From Beijerinckiaceae bacterium (GTDB lineage Bacteria; Pseudomonadota; Alphaproteobacteria; Rhizobiales; Beijerinckiaceae), in assembly GCA_947472615.1 (NCBI GenBank), contig CANJEY010000001.1, forward strand, positions 1 through 53,164: a DNA stretch of 53,164 bases, in the 5' to 3' direction. The position numbers and the translations under genes were made by a program. Each line of letters starts with the position of its first letter. Within the stretch, counting starts at the first letter, position 1. Under the pieces are notes generated by a model. The model saw only the letters and a list, made by a program, of their open reading frames with translations. It ran no database searches and had not been told where the DNA came from. This document shows, piece after piece, positions 37,347 to 47,015 of the stretch.

Positions 37347-38396
37347 ATGCTCACATCATTCGATCGCCGCATGTTTCTGAAGGCCGCTGGCGCGTTCGGC
37401 GCGAGCGCGATGATGCCGGGCTTCGCGCTTGCGCAGACGCGCACGCTCGTTGCTGCGACATTCCCGGGCACTTGGAGCGAAGCGCACCGCGAATTCCTTG
37501 CGCCTGCTTTTACGAAGAGAACCGGTGCGCGCGTAACCCAGTCGATCCTGCTCGGCACCGATCAGGTTTCTCGCCTTGTCGCCGCCAAGGGCGGCAAGCC
37601 ACCCTTCGATGTCGCGCTGTTCGACGCGCCGCAGGTGCTCGATGCCGCGAAGCAGGGGCTGATTGCAGAATACCCGACAGCGCAGTCGCCGAACTTCGCA
37701 GATCTGCTGCCGGGCGCGCAGGACAAATGGGGCCCGCAGATTTCGATGCAGATCATCGGGATCGGTTACAATCCAAAGAAGATCAAGACTCCGCCGAAGA
37801 GCTGGGAGGCATTGTGGGATCCCCAGTACAAGGGCCGCGTCGGTCTGACAGCTCTTAATAGTCAGCTCGGCATTGCCTTCCTCGCGGAAATCAATCGCCT
37901 GCGGGGCGGAACCGAAGACAATTTCGAGCCCGGTTTCAAGGCGCTGCGCGAACTGCTGCCCAATGTCGGAGCGATCGGTGCGAACCTCGGCGCTTACGCC
38001 ACGTTGTGGCAGCAGGAGCAGATCGACATCGCGCCCTACAACTTCAATTTCGTGCAGACGCTCAAGTCGAAGGATGTGCCCGTGGAACTGGCGATTCCCG
38101 ATTCCGGTCCAGTCGGCTGGTCGACCAGCATGCATCTGGTGGCGAACGCCGAGGCACCTGATTTGGCCGTCTCTTATATCGATGCGCATCTTGATCCAGG
38201 GGTTCAGGCCGCGATGCTCAAGCCGCCGTATGATGTGATCCCGACGAATTCGAAAGTTCCGCTGGAGGGCGCGATCACGCTATCCGTCGCGAAGACCTAT
38301 GCGGAACTGTCAAAGGTTCGCACATTCGATTGGGAAAAGATCAATCCCCAACGCACGGCGCTGATCGAGCATTTCAATCGCGACGTGAAGATCTGA
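37347..38396 (+). CDS. ABC substrate-binding protein (PotD-like), Tat signal
   Basis: DRRMFLK leader, GIGYNP, PKSWEALWDP.YKGRV; GAGGAG RBS. Confidence 0.9.
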   Translation: MLTSFDRRMFLKAAGAFGASAMMPGFALAQTRTLVAATFPGTWSEAHREFLAPAFTKRTGARVTQSILLGTDQVSRLVAAKGGKPPFDVALFDAPQVLDAAKQGLIAEYPTAQSPNFADLLPGAQDKWGPQISMQIIGIGYNPKKIKTPPKSWEALWDPQYKGRVGLTALNSQLGIAFLAEINRLRGGTEDNFEPGFKALRELLPNVGAIGANLGAYATLWQQEQIDIAPYNFNFVQTLKSKDVPVELAIPDSGPVGWSTSMHLVANAEAPDLAVSYIDAHLDPGVQAAMLKPPYDVIPTNSKVPLEGAITLSVAKTYAELSKVRTFDWEKINPQRTALIEHFNRDVKI

Positions 38397-38402
38397 CCCG
38401 AG

Positions 38403-39239
38403 ATGGAGTGGCGGCGACTCAGCCTGGCTCTACCGCTTGCGGCGCTCTTCGTGGTGTTTTTCATCGCGCCGCTCTTCGTTTTGCTGGGCGTGTCGCTGTC
38501 GACCGACATGGATACGCACACCTTCACGTTCGCGCATTATGTGAAGTTCTTCACCGACCGCTTCAACTATTCGATCCTGACCGATACGCTGCTGCTTGGG
38601 TTGAAGGCCACAGCGGTCTGTTTTGTGTTCGGCTATCCGGTGGCTTGGATCGCGGCGCGTGCGCGGCCCGGCCTTCAATCCATACTGTTGCTGGCGGTCA
38701 TCTTGCCGATCATGACCAGCGTGGTGGTGCGCACCTTCGCGTGGATCGTCATTCTAGGCCGGCAGGGCTTGCTGAATCAGATCGTGCTGGGTCTTGGGCT
38801 GAGCGAGGAGCCGTTGCGGCTGCTGTTCACCGAATGGGGCGTGGTCATCGTTCTGGCTCAGGTGCAGATGCCCCTGATGGTTCTGCCGATTCTGTCTATC
38901 CTAGCGAAAATCGATCCCAATCTCGCCGATGCGTCCAGGGCGCTGGGCGCCGGCGAATGGCGCACGCTGTGGCGCGTCACGCTGCCGCTGTCGGTCCCCG
39001 GCGTCATCGCTGGGTGGATCTTGACATATGCGGCGTGCGTGACCGCGTTCGTGACGCAAAGCCTGATCGGCGGCGCGCGGCTCGTTTACATGCCGCTGCA
39101 TATTTATCAGCAGGCGGTCGGGGCGAACAATTGGCCTTTTGCGGCGGCGATCTCCATCATTTTCATGATCGCGGTCCTGTGCGTCGTCGCCGGTCTCAAT
39201 CTGCTCGCAGCAAAGAGCCAACGTCATGCGCAAGCCTGA
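38403..39239 (+). CDS. ABC permease (PotB-like)
   Basis: FGYPVA, VVVRTFAW, DASRALGA. Confidence 0.92.
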   Translation: MEWRRLSLALPLAALFVVFFIAPLFVLLGVSLSTDMDTHTFTFAHYVKFFTDRFNYSILTDTLLLGLKATAVCFVFGYPVAWIAARARPGLQSILLLAVILPIMTSVVVRTFAWIVILGRQGLLNQIVLGLGLSEEPLRLLFTEWGVVIVLAQVQMPLMVLPILSILAKIDPNLADASRALGAGEWRTLWRVTLPLSVPGVIAGWILTYAACVTAFVTQSLIGGARLVYMPLHIYQQAVGANNWPFAAAISIIFMIAVLCVVAGLNLLAAKSQRHAQA

Positions 39240-40044
39240 ACCTCAGGTCGACTGGGAAGCGCGGTCGGTGACGATCGTCTTAGGCGTGATGACAGCTACC
39301 GCAGTCGTGGTGCTGATCGCGCCGAGCGTCGTGATTCTTCTGACGTCGTTCACGGATTCGGCGTCTTTGCGTTTCCCTCCGCCCGGCTTCTCGCTGCGCT
39401 GGTATCGCGCGCTGTTCGACGCGGACCAGATGCAGGCCGCCGCGTGGAACAGTCTCTTGGTGGCATTGTGGAGCACGTTGCTGTCGGCGGTGCTTGGAGT
39501 GGCGGCGGCGGTCGCGGTATCGCGGAGCCGTTCGTGGACTGCGCGTGCGCTTGATGGATTGTTCATGTCGCCTTTGCTGCTGCCGGCGCTGGCTTTCGGC
39601 TTCGCGGCGCTCATCTTCGTCTATCGCATGGGGATGCGGCCGAACCTGTTATTTCTGATCTTTGGTCATGTGATCGTCTGCGTGCCGTTCGTTATTCGGA
39701 CGACGCTGGCGGCGCTGTCGCAACTCGACGCTTCGCTTGAGGACGCATCGATCAGTCTGGGGGCAACGCCCGCGATGCATTTCCGCCGAGTCACATTACC
39801 GTTGATCAGCCGCGGCGTGGGCGCAGGTGCGTTTCTGGCCTTCATGGCGTCGTTCGACAACGTGCCAGTGTCGCTGTTTCTGGCGGATGAACGAACGGAA
39901 GTGTTGCCGATCCATCTGTGGCAGCAGATCGAGACCAATCTCGATGTGCGCACGGCTGCGGCGTCCGGGGTCATCATCGTCGTCACCATGGCGCTTATGG
40001 CTCTCGCCGAGCGCTTCGCGGGTCTCTCGAAACAAATGCGGTAA
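39226..40044 (+). CDS. ABC permease (PotC-like)
   Basis: FPPPGFSLRWY, EDASISLGA, SFDN. Confidence 0.92.
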   Translation: MRKPEPQVDWEARSVTIVLGVMTATAVVVLIAPSVVILLTSFTDSASLRFPPPGFSLRWYRALFDADQMQAAAWNSLLVALWSTLLSAVLGVAAAVAVSRSRSWTARALDGLFMSPLLLPALAFGFAALIFVYRMGMRPNLLFLIFGHVIVCVPFVIRTTLAALSQLDASLEDASISLGATPAMHFRRVTLPLISRGVGAGAFLAFMASFDNVPVSLFLADERTEVLPIHLWQQIETNLDVRTAAASGVIIVVTMALMALAERFAGLSKQMR

Positions 40045-40046
40045 AC

Positions 40047-40400
40047 ATGCCGGGCCTGTCTATTCATGCGGTCGATGTCGCGCGCGGAATCGTGGCGAGC
40101 GGATTGCGCGTTCGAGTCGATCGTCTGGACGGGGAGGTGCGAGTCGCGCTTGCGGACGGGGCTATCGGGGCGAACGGCCTGCTCGAATCCAGTGAGATAG
40201 CGGGCATCCTGCAGCCCGGCGTCTATGAAGTGCAATTCTCCATCGGCGATTATCTCAAGGCGCAGCACGCTGATATGCCTGCGACACCGTTTCTCGATCT
40301 GGTCCCGTTCCGCTTCGGCGTGGACTCGCCGCAGGCGCATTATCACTTGCCGTTCAAGTTCACCGCCTGGGGCTTTTCGTGCTTCCGCGGAGGAGCCTAG
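40047..40400 (+). CDS. Divergent transthyretin-like / HIU hydrolase-family protein
   Basis: LSIHAVD..RG..A.G, PGVYEV.F..GDY, PFLD.VP..F, HYHLP; ends FRGGA rather than YRGS. Confidence 0.85.
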   Translation: MPGLSIHAVDVARGIVASGLRVRVDRLDGEVRVALADGAIGANGLLESSEIAGILQPGVYEVQFSIGDYLKAQHADMPATPFLDLVPFRFGVDSPQAHYHLPFKFTAWGFSCFRGGA

Positions 40401-40409
40401 CCCGGAAGC

Positions 40410-41732
40410 TTACGCGTAGCGGCTGACGGGCCGACGTAGCCCGAGACGATCACGCAATGTCGCGCCTTCGTATTGTGTGCGAAGCAATCCGCGCGATTGC
40501 AGTTCGGGCGTCACCAGATCGACGAAATCGTCGAGTCCGCCTGGCATCACAGGCGGCATGATGTTGAAGCCGTCCGCCGCGCCGGTCTCGAACCAGTTCT
40601 GCATCACATCCGCCACCGTCGAAGCGGAGCCGCAGACATCGAAATGGCCGCGGCCGCCGGCGATCTGGGTATAGAGTTGGCGAATCGTGAGGTTTTCGCG
40701 ACGCGCCATGTCGCTGAGAAGACTTGCGCGGCTGCTGATTGCCTGATTGGGGTTGATCGGCGGTAGAGGGCCGTCGACGTCGCATCCGGTGAGGTCGAGC
40801 CCCGTGCGCTGCTCCAGCAGCGCAAGGCCGACTTCCGGGTGGATGAGGCTTTGCAGATACTCGCGTTTTTCGCGCGCCTCGCGATCTGTGCGCCCGACGG
40901 TGACGAAGAAGCCCGGCATGATCTTCAGGTCGTCGGGGCTGCGGCCGAAGCGCGCCATGCGGCCTTTCACGTCTGTGTAGAAGGCGCGGCCTTCGGCGAT
41001 GGACGGGGTGGCGGCGAACACGACTTCCGCAGTCTCGGCGGCCAGTTCCTTGCCCTGTTCGGATGCGCCGGCTTGCACCAGCACGGGCCGGCCCTGCGGC
41101 GACCGTGCGACATTCAGCGGTCCGAGCACCTTGAAGTTCTCGCCTGTGTGGCCGAGCGTGTGCAGCTTTTTGGGATCGAAAAAGATGCCTGAGTCACGGT
41201 CGCGAATGAACGCGTCGTCGTCCCAGCTGTCCCACAGGCCGAGTACGACGTCAGCGAATTCGCGTCCGCGCTTGTAGCGGTCCGATTTGTCGGGATGAGA
41301 GTCACGGCTGAAATTGTAGGCGGCCGTGTGGTTCCCGGTCGTCACCAGATTCCACCCGGCTCGACCGCCGCTGATATGATCAAGCGATGCGAAGCGACGT
41401 GCGAGCGAGAAGGGTTCTTCGTAGGTCGTGCTCGCGGTGCAGACGAGGCCGATATGCGATGTGACGGCTGCGAGTCCAGCCATCAGGGTGAAGGGTTCGA
41501 TCCACGCCACATAGGCCATGCGGCGCAGACCGCGTTCATCGAACACCGAAGTCGCAGTCGCTGAATCGGCCGAGAACAGCATGTCGAAGAAACCGCGCTC
41601 GGCGGTGCGCGCCACATCGACGAAATGCCGGAAGTTCACGCCGGCGTCAGCCTGCGACTGCGAATGGCGCCATGCGGCCAGATGATGTCCAGCCGGTCGG
41701 AGAAACATGCCGAGCTTCATCTGTTTGGGCAT
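40410..41732 (-). CDS. NtaA/DmoA/SnaA-family FMN-dependent monooxygenase
   Basis: GHHLAAWRH, AERG.FD..F.AD, TASTTY.EP...ARRFASLDHIS.GRAGWN, SPQGRPVLVQAGAS, TLR..LGL. Confidence 0.93.
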   Translation of the reverse strand: MPKQMKLGMFLRPAGHHLAAWRHSQSQADAGVNFRHFVDVARTAERGFFDMLFSADSATATSVFDERGLRRMAYVAWIEPFTLMAGLAAVTSHIGLVCTASTTYEEPFSLARRFASLDHISGGRAGWNLVTTGNHTAAYNFSRDSHPDKSDRYKRGREFADVVLGLWDSWDDDAFIRDRDSGIFFDPKKLHTLGHTGENFKVLGPLNVARSPQGRPVLVQAGASEQGKELAAETAEVVFAATPSIAEGRAFYTDVKGRMARFGRSPDDLKIMPGFFVTVGRTDREAREKREYLQSLIHPEVGLALLEQRTGLDLTGCDVDGPLPPINPNQAISSRASLLSDMARRENLTIRQLYTQIAGGRGHFDVCGSASTVADVMQNWFETGAADGFNIMPPVMPGGLDDFVDLVTPELQSRGLLRTQYEGATLRDRLGLRRPVSRYA

Positions 41733-41894
41733 TCACGCCTCCCGCTAGCTTTGAGCTGTGTGTTAGCGGACCTTGGCGGGAGCCACAACACGTGCTCGCC
41801 CCGCTGAGCTGCGATGGTGGCGCGAGCGGGGCGATTCGCATAGGTTTCGGCGAGCCGTTCGAGACGTGCGGCGCTGGCGACGTCGGGAGCGTTC

Positions 41895-43586
41895 ATGAGC
41901 AAGAAAATCCGCATCGCACATCTCTCCGGCCCGACCGCGACCATTCAGAACTCGCCGCCGCTCGTCACGTCGAACAAGGCGCGAGCCAATGCGGGCCTGC
42001 CGTTGCGCAATGGCCCGGCCGGGGCGCCTCCGCGTTTCGATGCGCTGCGCGCGCAGCGGCTGGCGGCTCCCGCCAAAGTCTACATCGAGCAATTCTCCGC
42101 CCATCCGCTGGAGCGCGACGCCGCGCATCTCTACGGGCCACCGGATGGCTATGTCGGAGCGGACGGCGCATTCTCGAAGCAACAGCGCAGCGACGCTGAT
42201 GTTGCCGTCTATGAGGCCGAGTTGCGCCCGGACGACGGGCTTTATCCGCTGCCTTACATGGCGCGTCAGCGCGATGGACGCCCATGGGAGCAGGAATGTG
42301 CCGATCCGGAGTCCCCGGAGCAGCAGGCGCGGCAGGGCTTCTACCCCGACGGCTCGCGACCGTTCGAGGAAATCGACCGGCTGGGGATCGGGGCCGACGG
42401 CACGGCGGGGGAGGCGTCCTCGCTCGCCGATGTTTCGTTTCATCGCGTTCTGCCGCCGGCGGGCTTCGTCAATGGACTTCCGGCGCAACACCGCGCCGAC
42501 GAAGGCGAGGGCGACATTCCGGCCGAACGGCGCGGTCGCGACTTCTTTCCCTACAAGCCGCGGCATCTGTCGGCCGCCCCGCCGCGCCCGGCGCTGGCGC
42601 GTGTGACGAATGAAGTTCAGCGCATCATGTCGAGCGGCGATTATGACGGCGCGATCTGGACGCAGGGCAGTCCGAACATCGAGGATTGCGCCTATTGGCT
42701 GAACCTGCTCATCGACACGCCGCTGCCCCTTGCGTGCAATTCCGCGCAGCGTCCGATAGGACAGATCAGCAACGATGGGCCGCAGAACATTCTCGATTCC
42801 ATCCAGTATCTGCGCTCGCGGATCTGGGCTGGCGCCGATGGCAAGAATCGTCTGGGCGTCGTGCTGATGCAGGACCAGCAGATGTTCGCCGCGCGCGAGG
42901 CCGCCAAGGCCGACGCGCGGCCGGGCGGCTATATCGCGACGGGCGGCCATGGCGGCATTCTGGGACAGGTGAACGGCAAGCGCGCGTTCGTCATGTACGC
43001 GCCAGCTTACAAGCACACCTACTTGTCCGATGTGCGCGTCACGCAATTGCCGGATGCGGCGTGGGCGGTGCGTATCGTCAACGGCCGGCTGGAGCGGAGC
43101 GACATCCCCATCAGGGATGCGCGAGGACTGCTGGAAAGCGCGATCCCTTCGGTGTCGATCGTCAAGGATGGCGGATTTTGCGCCGAGGACTGGGGCCGCG
43201 ACGCAACGCTCGAGGAAGACCTGACGGCGCTCATCAACCACAAGCTGCGCCTCGGCCGTCTGGCGGGCCTCGTGGTCGAAGGCACGGTGCCGTCCGGCAA
43301 CATGACGTCCAATGCGCGGCAGGATCTGATCGTTCGCGCCACCCATTGCGGCCTTCCGGTCGTGCGGGTGGGTCGCGGCTATCCGCAGGGTTTCGCCGAA
43401 CGGATGCCGACGGTGATCGGCGGCTCCAATCTCACGTCGACGAAAGCGCGCTTCCTGTTGATGGCCGCGTTGATGAAATTCGGCAGCCTTCCACCTGCCG
43501 CTGATCCAGACCATCCGACGGCGGCGGAGCGTCGCGCCATACAGGAGGCGGTCGACCGCTATCAGGCGATCTTCGACCAGCACTAG
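41895..43586 (+). CDS. Asparaginase/glutaminase-fold protein with large insertion, function unknown
   Basis: YDGAIWTQGS..IED.AYWL.L...P....SAQRP....NDG..NI and C-terminal GSNLTSTKAR.LLMAAL match type I/II asparaginase segments. Confidence 0.7.
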   Translation: MSKKIRIAHLSGPTATIQNSPPLVTSNKARANAGLPLRNGPAGAPPRFDALRAQRLAAPAKVYIEQFSAHPLERDAAHLYGPPDGYVGADGAFSKQQRSDADVAVYEAELRPDDGLYPLPYMARQRDGRPWEQECADPESPEQQARQGFYPDGSRPFEEIDRLGIGADGTAGEASSLADVSFHRVLPPAGFVNGLPAQHRADEGEGDIPAERRGRDFFPYKPRHLSAAPPRPALARVTNEVQRIMSSGDYDGAIWTQGSPNIEDCAYWLNLLIDTPLPLACNSAQRPIGQISNDGPQNILDSIQYLRSRIWAGADGKNRLGVVLMQDQQMFAAREAAKADARPGGYIATGGHGGILGQVNGKRAFVMYAPAYKHTYLSDVRVTQLPDAAWAVRIVNGRLERSDIPIRDARGLLESAIPSVSIVKDGGFCAEDWGRDATLEEDLTALINHKLRLGRLAGLVVEGTVPSGNMTSNARQDLIVRATHCGLPVVRVGRGYPQGFAERMPTVIGGSNLTSTKARFLLMAALMKFGSLPPAADPDHPTAAERRAIQEAVDRYQAIFDQH

Positions 43587-43622
43587 AAGCGCGGACTCCA
43601 GCGCAGCGCGGCGTGGACAATT

Positions 43623-43635
43623 TCGCAGTTTTGCA
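43623..43635. repeat. Intergenic motif, copy 3
   Basis: TCGCAGTTTTGCA, the exact reverse complement of 12264-12276. Confidence 0.55.
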
Positions 43636-43713
43636 GCAAAATGGGGTCAAGTTCGGCACCGTGCATCTGGCGGCGTCGGCGGGACCAAACGGCCCGAAAA
43701 TAGGGGAGGACAC

Positions 43714-44682
43714 ATGCGCGGGATCTTGCTGGCTCTGATGATCGCCAGCGCCAGTGTAGCGCCGATGGCGGATGCGCAGGCGCAGGACTTTCCGCACAAG
43801 CCGTTCACCATCATCGTGCCCTATCCGCCGGCCTCTGGCCCGGATCTGTGGGCCCGGATGCTTGGTCCCAAACTATCGGAGCAGTTCAAGCAGCCGGTGA
43901 TCGTCAGCAACATTGGCGGCGCGGCCGGCGTGCAGGCGGGCGTGAACGTGCTGAAAGCGCCTGCCGACGGCTACACGATGTTCATGGGCGATACGTCAGT
44001 GCTCATCGTCGCGCCCTATCTGATCAAGAGCATGCCGTACGAGCCGTTGAAGGCGTTCCGTCCCGTCGCGCTGATCGGGCAATTGCCCTACGCGATCGCC
44101 GTGAACGCCAAGACCAAGATGACAACGTTGCAGGATCTGATCACTGCCGCGAAGGCCAATCCGGGCAAGCTGTATTACGGAAGCTCCGGGTATGGCAGCA
44201 ACCATCACATCACGATGGAGGCGTTCAAGCAGGAGACGGGGCTGCAGATCAACCACATCTCCTACAAGGGCGGCGCGGCCTCGGTCCTGTCTCTGCTCAA
44301 TGGCGAGGTCGATATCTCGATGACGTCGCCCGCGTCGCTCGGGGCCAACGCCAGCTCAGGCGCCGTCAACATTCTGGCGGTGACGCCAGGCAAGCGGTTC
44401 CCGCTACTGCCCGACGTGCCGTCGATCTCCGAAACCGTGCCGGGTTATGATTTCACCTCCGAGCCTGGCATCGTGGTGGCGGCCGACGTGCCGCAGGCGA
44501 TTGTCGACAAGCTGTCGGAGGCGATCAAACACGCGCTGACGCTGCCGGACATCAAGGCCGGCTTCGAGCAGGTCGGCACGATTCCGAAATATGGCGACGC
44601 CAAAGAATACGCCGAGAACCTGAAGCTCAACGCCGCCAAGTTCGACAAGGCGATCAAGTTCGCCAACATTCAGCCCGAATAG
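43714..44682 (+). CDS. TctC/Bug-family substrate-binding protein (classical type)
   Basis: FP.KP..IIVPYPP..G.D..AR, APADGYT, YGSSG.GS..H, H.SYKGG; GGAGGA RBS. Confidence 0.92.
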   Translation: MRGILLALMIASASVAPMADAQAQDFPHKPFTIIVPYPPASGPDLWARMLGPKLSEQFKQPVIVSNIGGAAGVQAGVNVLKAPADGYTMFMGDTSVLIVAPYLIKSMPYEPLKAFRPVALIGQLPYAIAVNAKTKMTTLQDLITAAKANPGKLYYGSSGYGSNHHITMEAFKQETGLQINHISYKGGAASVLSLLNGEVDISMTSPASLGANASSGAVNILAVTPGKRFPLLPDVPSISETVPGYDFTSEPGIVVAADVPQAIVDKLSEAIKHALTLPDIKAGFEQVGTIPKYGDAKEYAENLKLNAAKFDKAIKFANIQPE

Positions 44683-44694
44683 GACATTGGGCGT

Positions 44695-46011
44695 TCAGCG
44701 CCCGGTCTTGGCCGTATAGGGGCCATCCGGTCGCGGCAGACCGAGATGATCGCGCAGCGTCACGCCCGTATAGTCGTGACGATAGAGCCCGCGCCGCTGC
44801 AATTCCGGCACGACCATGTCGACGAAGTCGTCGAATGCCCCAGGAAAATAGGCGGGCAGCACAATGAAGCCGTCGCAGGCGCGGCCGGTGAACCACTTCT
44901 CGAACTCGTCGGCGATTGTCTTCGGCGAACCGCAGATCACGAGATGTCCGCGCGCGGCTGCGACGAGATTATAGAGTTCCCGCACCGTCATGCCATCGCG
45001 CATCGCCTTGTTGCGCAGCGTGCGGGAAAATCCATGGCTGGAGCCTGGAATCTCGAAATCAATCGACAGAGGCTTGTCGAGATCGTCGCGGGTGACGTTG
45101 ATGCCGACGCGTGAGGCCAGCATCTTGATCGACACGGAATCGTCGACGAAGTTCTGCAGCATGTTGAGTTGCTGACGCGCAGCCGCGTCTGTTTCGGCCA
45201 CGATCGGCATCACGCCCGGCATGGAGCAGACCGCGTCCGGATCGCGTCCTGCGGCGACGACGCGCTGCTTGAGCGCCTTGTAGGATTCGCGCGATTCGTC
45301 GAAATCCTGCACCACCGCGAACACCACATCGGCGGTGGCCGCCGCGAGAGTCTGGCCGGCTTCCGAACCGCCGGCCTGCAAGATCACCGGATGCCCCTGC
45401 GGCGAGCGGCCGAGGTTCAGCGCACCCTGCACGTTGAAGAATTTGCCCTTGTGGTCGATCGCGTGGATTTTGTCCCATTCGATGTAGACGCCGCTGTCGC
45501 GATCGGCCGGAATGGCATCGTCTTCCCAGCAGTCCCAGAGTTGCTTCACGACTGCGATGAATTCGTTCGCGACCTCGTATCGCTCCGCATGGTTCGGATG
45601 CTGGCGGCCGAAGACCAGCCCCGCCTCGGGCTGTGCCGTGGTGACAGCGTTCCACGCCGCGCGGCCCTTGCTGATATGGTCGAGCGTCGCATAGCCGCGC
45701 GCCACCGTGTAGGGGTCATTGTAAGTCGTCGACGCGGTCGCGCCCAGTCCAATGTGCTTGGTCACCATGGCCAGCGCGGAGAACATCGGCAGCGGCTGCA
45801 ATCGCGCAGCCTGTGATGGGTGCGATCCAGCGCGGACGCCATAACCGTCGCCGGCGAACAGAATGTCGAATTTTCCGCGTTCTGCGGTGCGCGCCAGCGA
45901 CACGCAGACGTCGATGTCCTGAAAGCTCGCGTGCGCGCCCGGCAAGCGCCAGCCCGCCACGTGGTTGCCGGTGCCCTGCATGAAAAGACCGAGATGAATC
46001 TGCCGCGTCAT
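44695..46011 (-). CDS. Second NtaA/DmoA-family FMN-dependent monooxygenase
   Basis: GNHVAGWR, AERGKFD, TASTTY.DPY.VAR, SPQGHPVILQAGGS, VPELQRRGL, TLRDHLGL. Confidence 0.93.
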   Translation of the reverse strand: MTRQIHLGLFMQGTGNHVAGWRLPGAHASFQDIDVCVSLARTAERGKFDILFAGDGYGVRAGSHPSQAARLQPLPMFSALAMVTKHIGLGATASTTYNDPYTVARGYATLDHISKGRAAWNAVTTAQPEAGLVFGRQHPNHAERYEVANEFIAVVKQLWDCWEDDAIPADRDSGVYIEWDKIHAIDHKGKFFNVQGALNLGRSPQGHPVILQAGGSEAGQTLAAATADVVFAVVQDFDESRESYKALKQRVVAAGRDPDAVCSMPGVMPIVAETDAAARQQLNMLQNFVDDSVSIKMLASRVGINVTRDDLDKPLSIDFEIPGSSHGFSRTLRNKAMRDGMTVRELYNLVAAARGHLVICGSPKTIADEFEKWFTGRACDGFIVLPAYFPGAFDDFVDMVVPELQRRGLYRHDYTGVTLRDHLGLPRPDGPYTAKTGR

Positions 46012-46125
46012 GGTGCCTTCTGTATCGTGAGGTGATCGGGATCGTGCCAGCAGAATGGACGGACGCCGTCAGGCAAGCAAGATCGAGTCCGCCACGCGGT
46101 CGATACGCCGCACGGCGGCGCGGCC

Positions 46126-46908
46126 TCAGTGCAGCCGGATGCCGCCGGTGAGATCGAGACAGCAGCCGGTGATGTAATCGGCCTTGTCGGACAGCAGGAA
46201 GCCGACGGCCTTGCCGATGTCGGCGGGGCGACCGTAGCGGCCGAGCGGCGAGAGCCGTCCGCTGCCGGCTTCGGCCTGCTCTTCCTGCTTCAGCATTTCG
46301 AGCATCTTGGCGAATGGCTTGTCGCGCGATTCATTGCGCCCCGGCGCGACGGCGTTTACCCGGATGCCGAACGGCCCCAGTTCCTGCGCCAGCGCCTGCG
46401 TGAATGCGATGACGGCGGCTTTGGACGCCGAATAGACCGCAGCGCCGGCCTGCCGGCTCTTCGGCGGGCCGCCCCGCATACCCGCACCGGATGCGATGCT
46501 GACGATGCCGCCGCTCTTCGCTTGCTTCATGTACGGCGCGACGAGGTGGCAAAGCGAAAACGTCGCATACAGATTGACGTCGATGAACCGATTCCAGTGT
46601 TCGGGATTGCTCTTGATGAAGTCGCTCGGCGGCACGCCGAGAGCAAAGGCGCCGCCGGCGGCGTTGACCAGCGCGTCGATTGCGCCGTTGGCGGCGAATA
46701 CCTCCGCTACAGCCTTGGCGGTCGCGTCGCGGTCGGCGACATCCAGAATATGCGTCGAGGCCGGATGACCGTTGAGGGCGTCGATGGTTTCCTGCGCGAA
46801 GGCTTCAACGCGGTCAAAGATGGCGAGACGCCAACCCAGCGACGCCAGCTCCAGACAAATCGCTGTCCCGAGCGCGCCGCCGCCCCCTGTCACGATCGCC
46901 GTCTTCAC
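46126..46908 (-). CDS. Short-chain dehydrogenase/reductase (catalytic motifs intact)
   Basis: TGGGGALG, VNAAG, SIAS, YSASK, IRVNAVAPG. Confidence 0.93.
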   Translation of the reverse strand: MKTAIVTGGGGALGTAICLELASLGWRLAIFDRVEAFAQETIDALNGHPASTHILDVADRDATAKAVAEVFAANGAIDALVNAAGGAFALGVPPSDFIKSNPEHWNRFIDVNLYATFSLCHLVAPYMKQAKSGGIVSIASGAGMRGGPPKSRQAGAAVYSASKAAVIAFTQALAQELGPFGIRVNAVAPGRNESRDKPFAKMLEMLKQEEQAEAGSGRLSPLGRYGRPADIGKAVGFLLSDKADYITGCCLDLTGGIRLH

Positions 46909-47015
46909 ATATGCCTCCAGGATTTTGACGTCAGGCGAATGTCCAACAATTATCGCGTATCGACAAGTCTTGCGGTTTGGATAAACTCATCTGCAAATTG
47001 AACATCGAGGTCGAC

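Noticed and set aside
41796-41834. 10-bp inverted repeat TCGCCCCGCT/AGCGGGGCGA in a divergent spacer
   Set aside because: Single GC-rich instance with a 19-nt loop; cannot distinguish from chance or assign a role.
41763-43583. 606-aa minus-strand ORF
   Set aside because: Antisense shadow of the asparaginase-like gene; Arg-rich, no motifs, expected in high-GC DNA.
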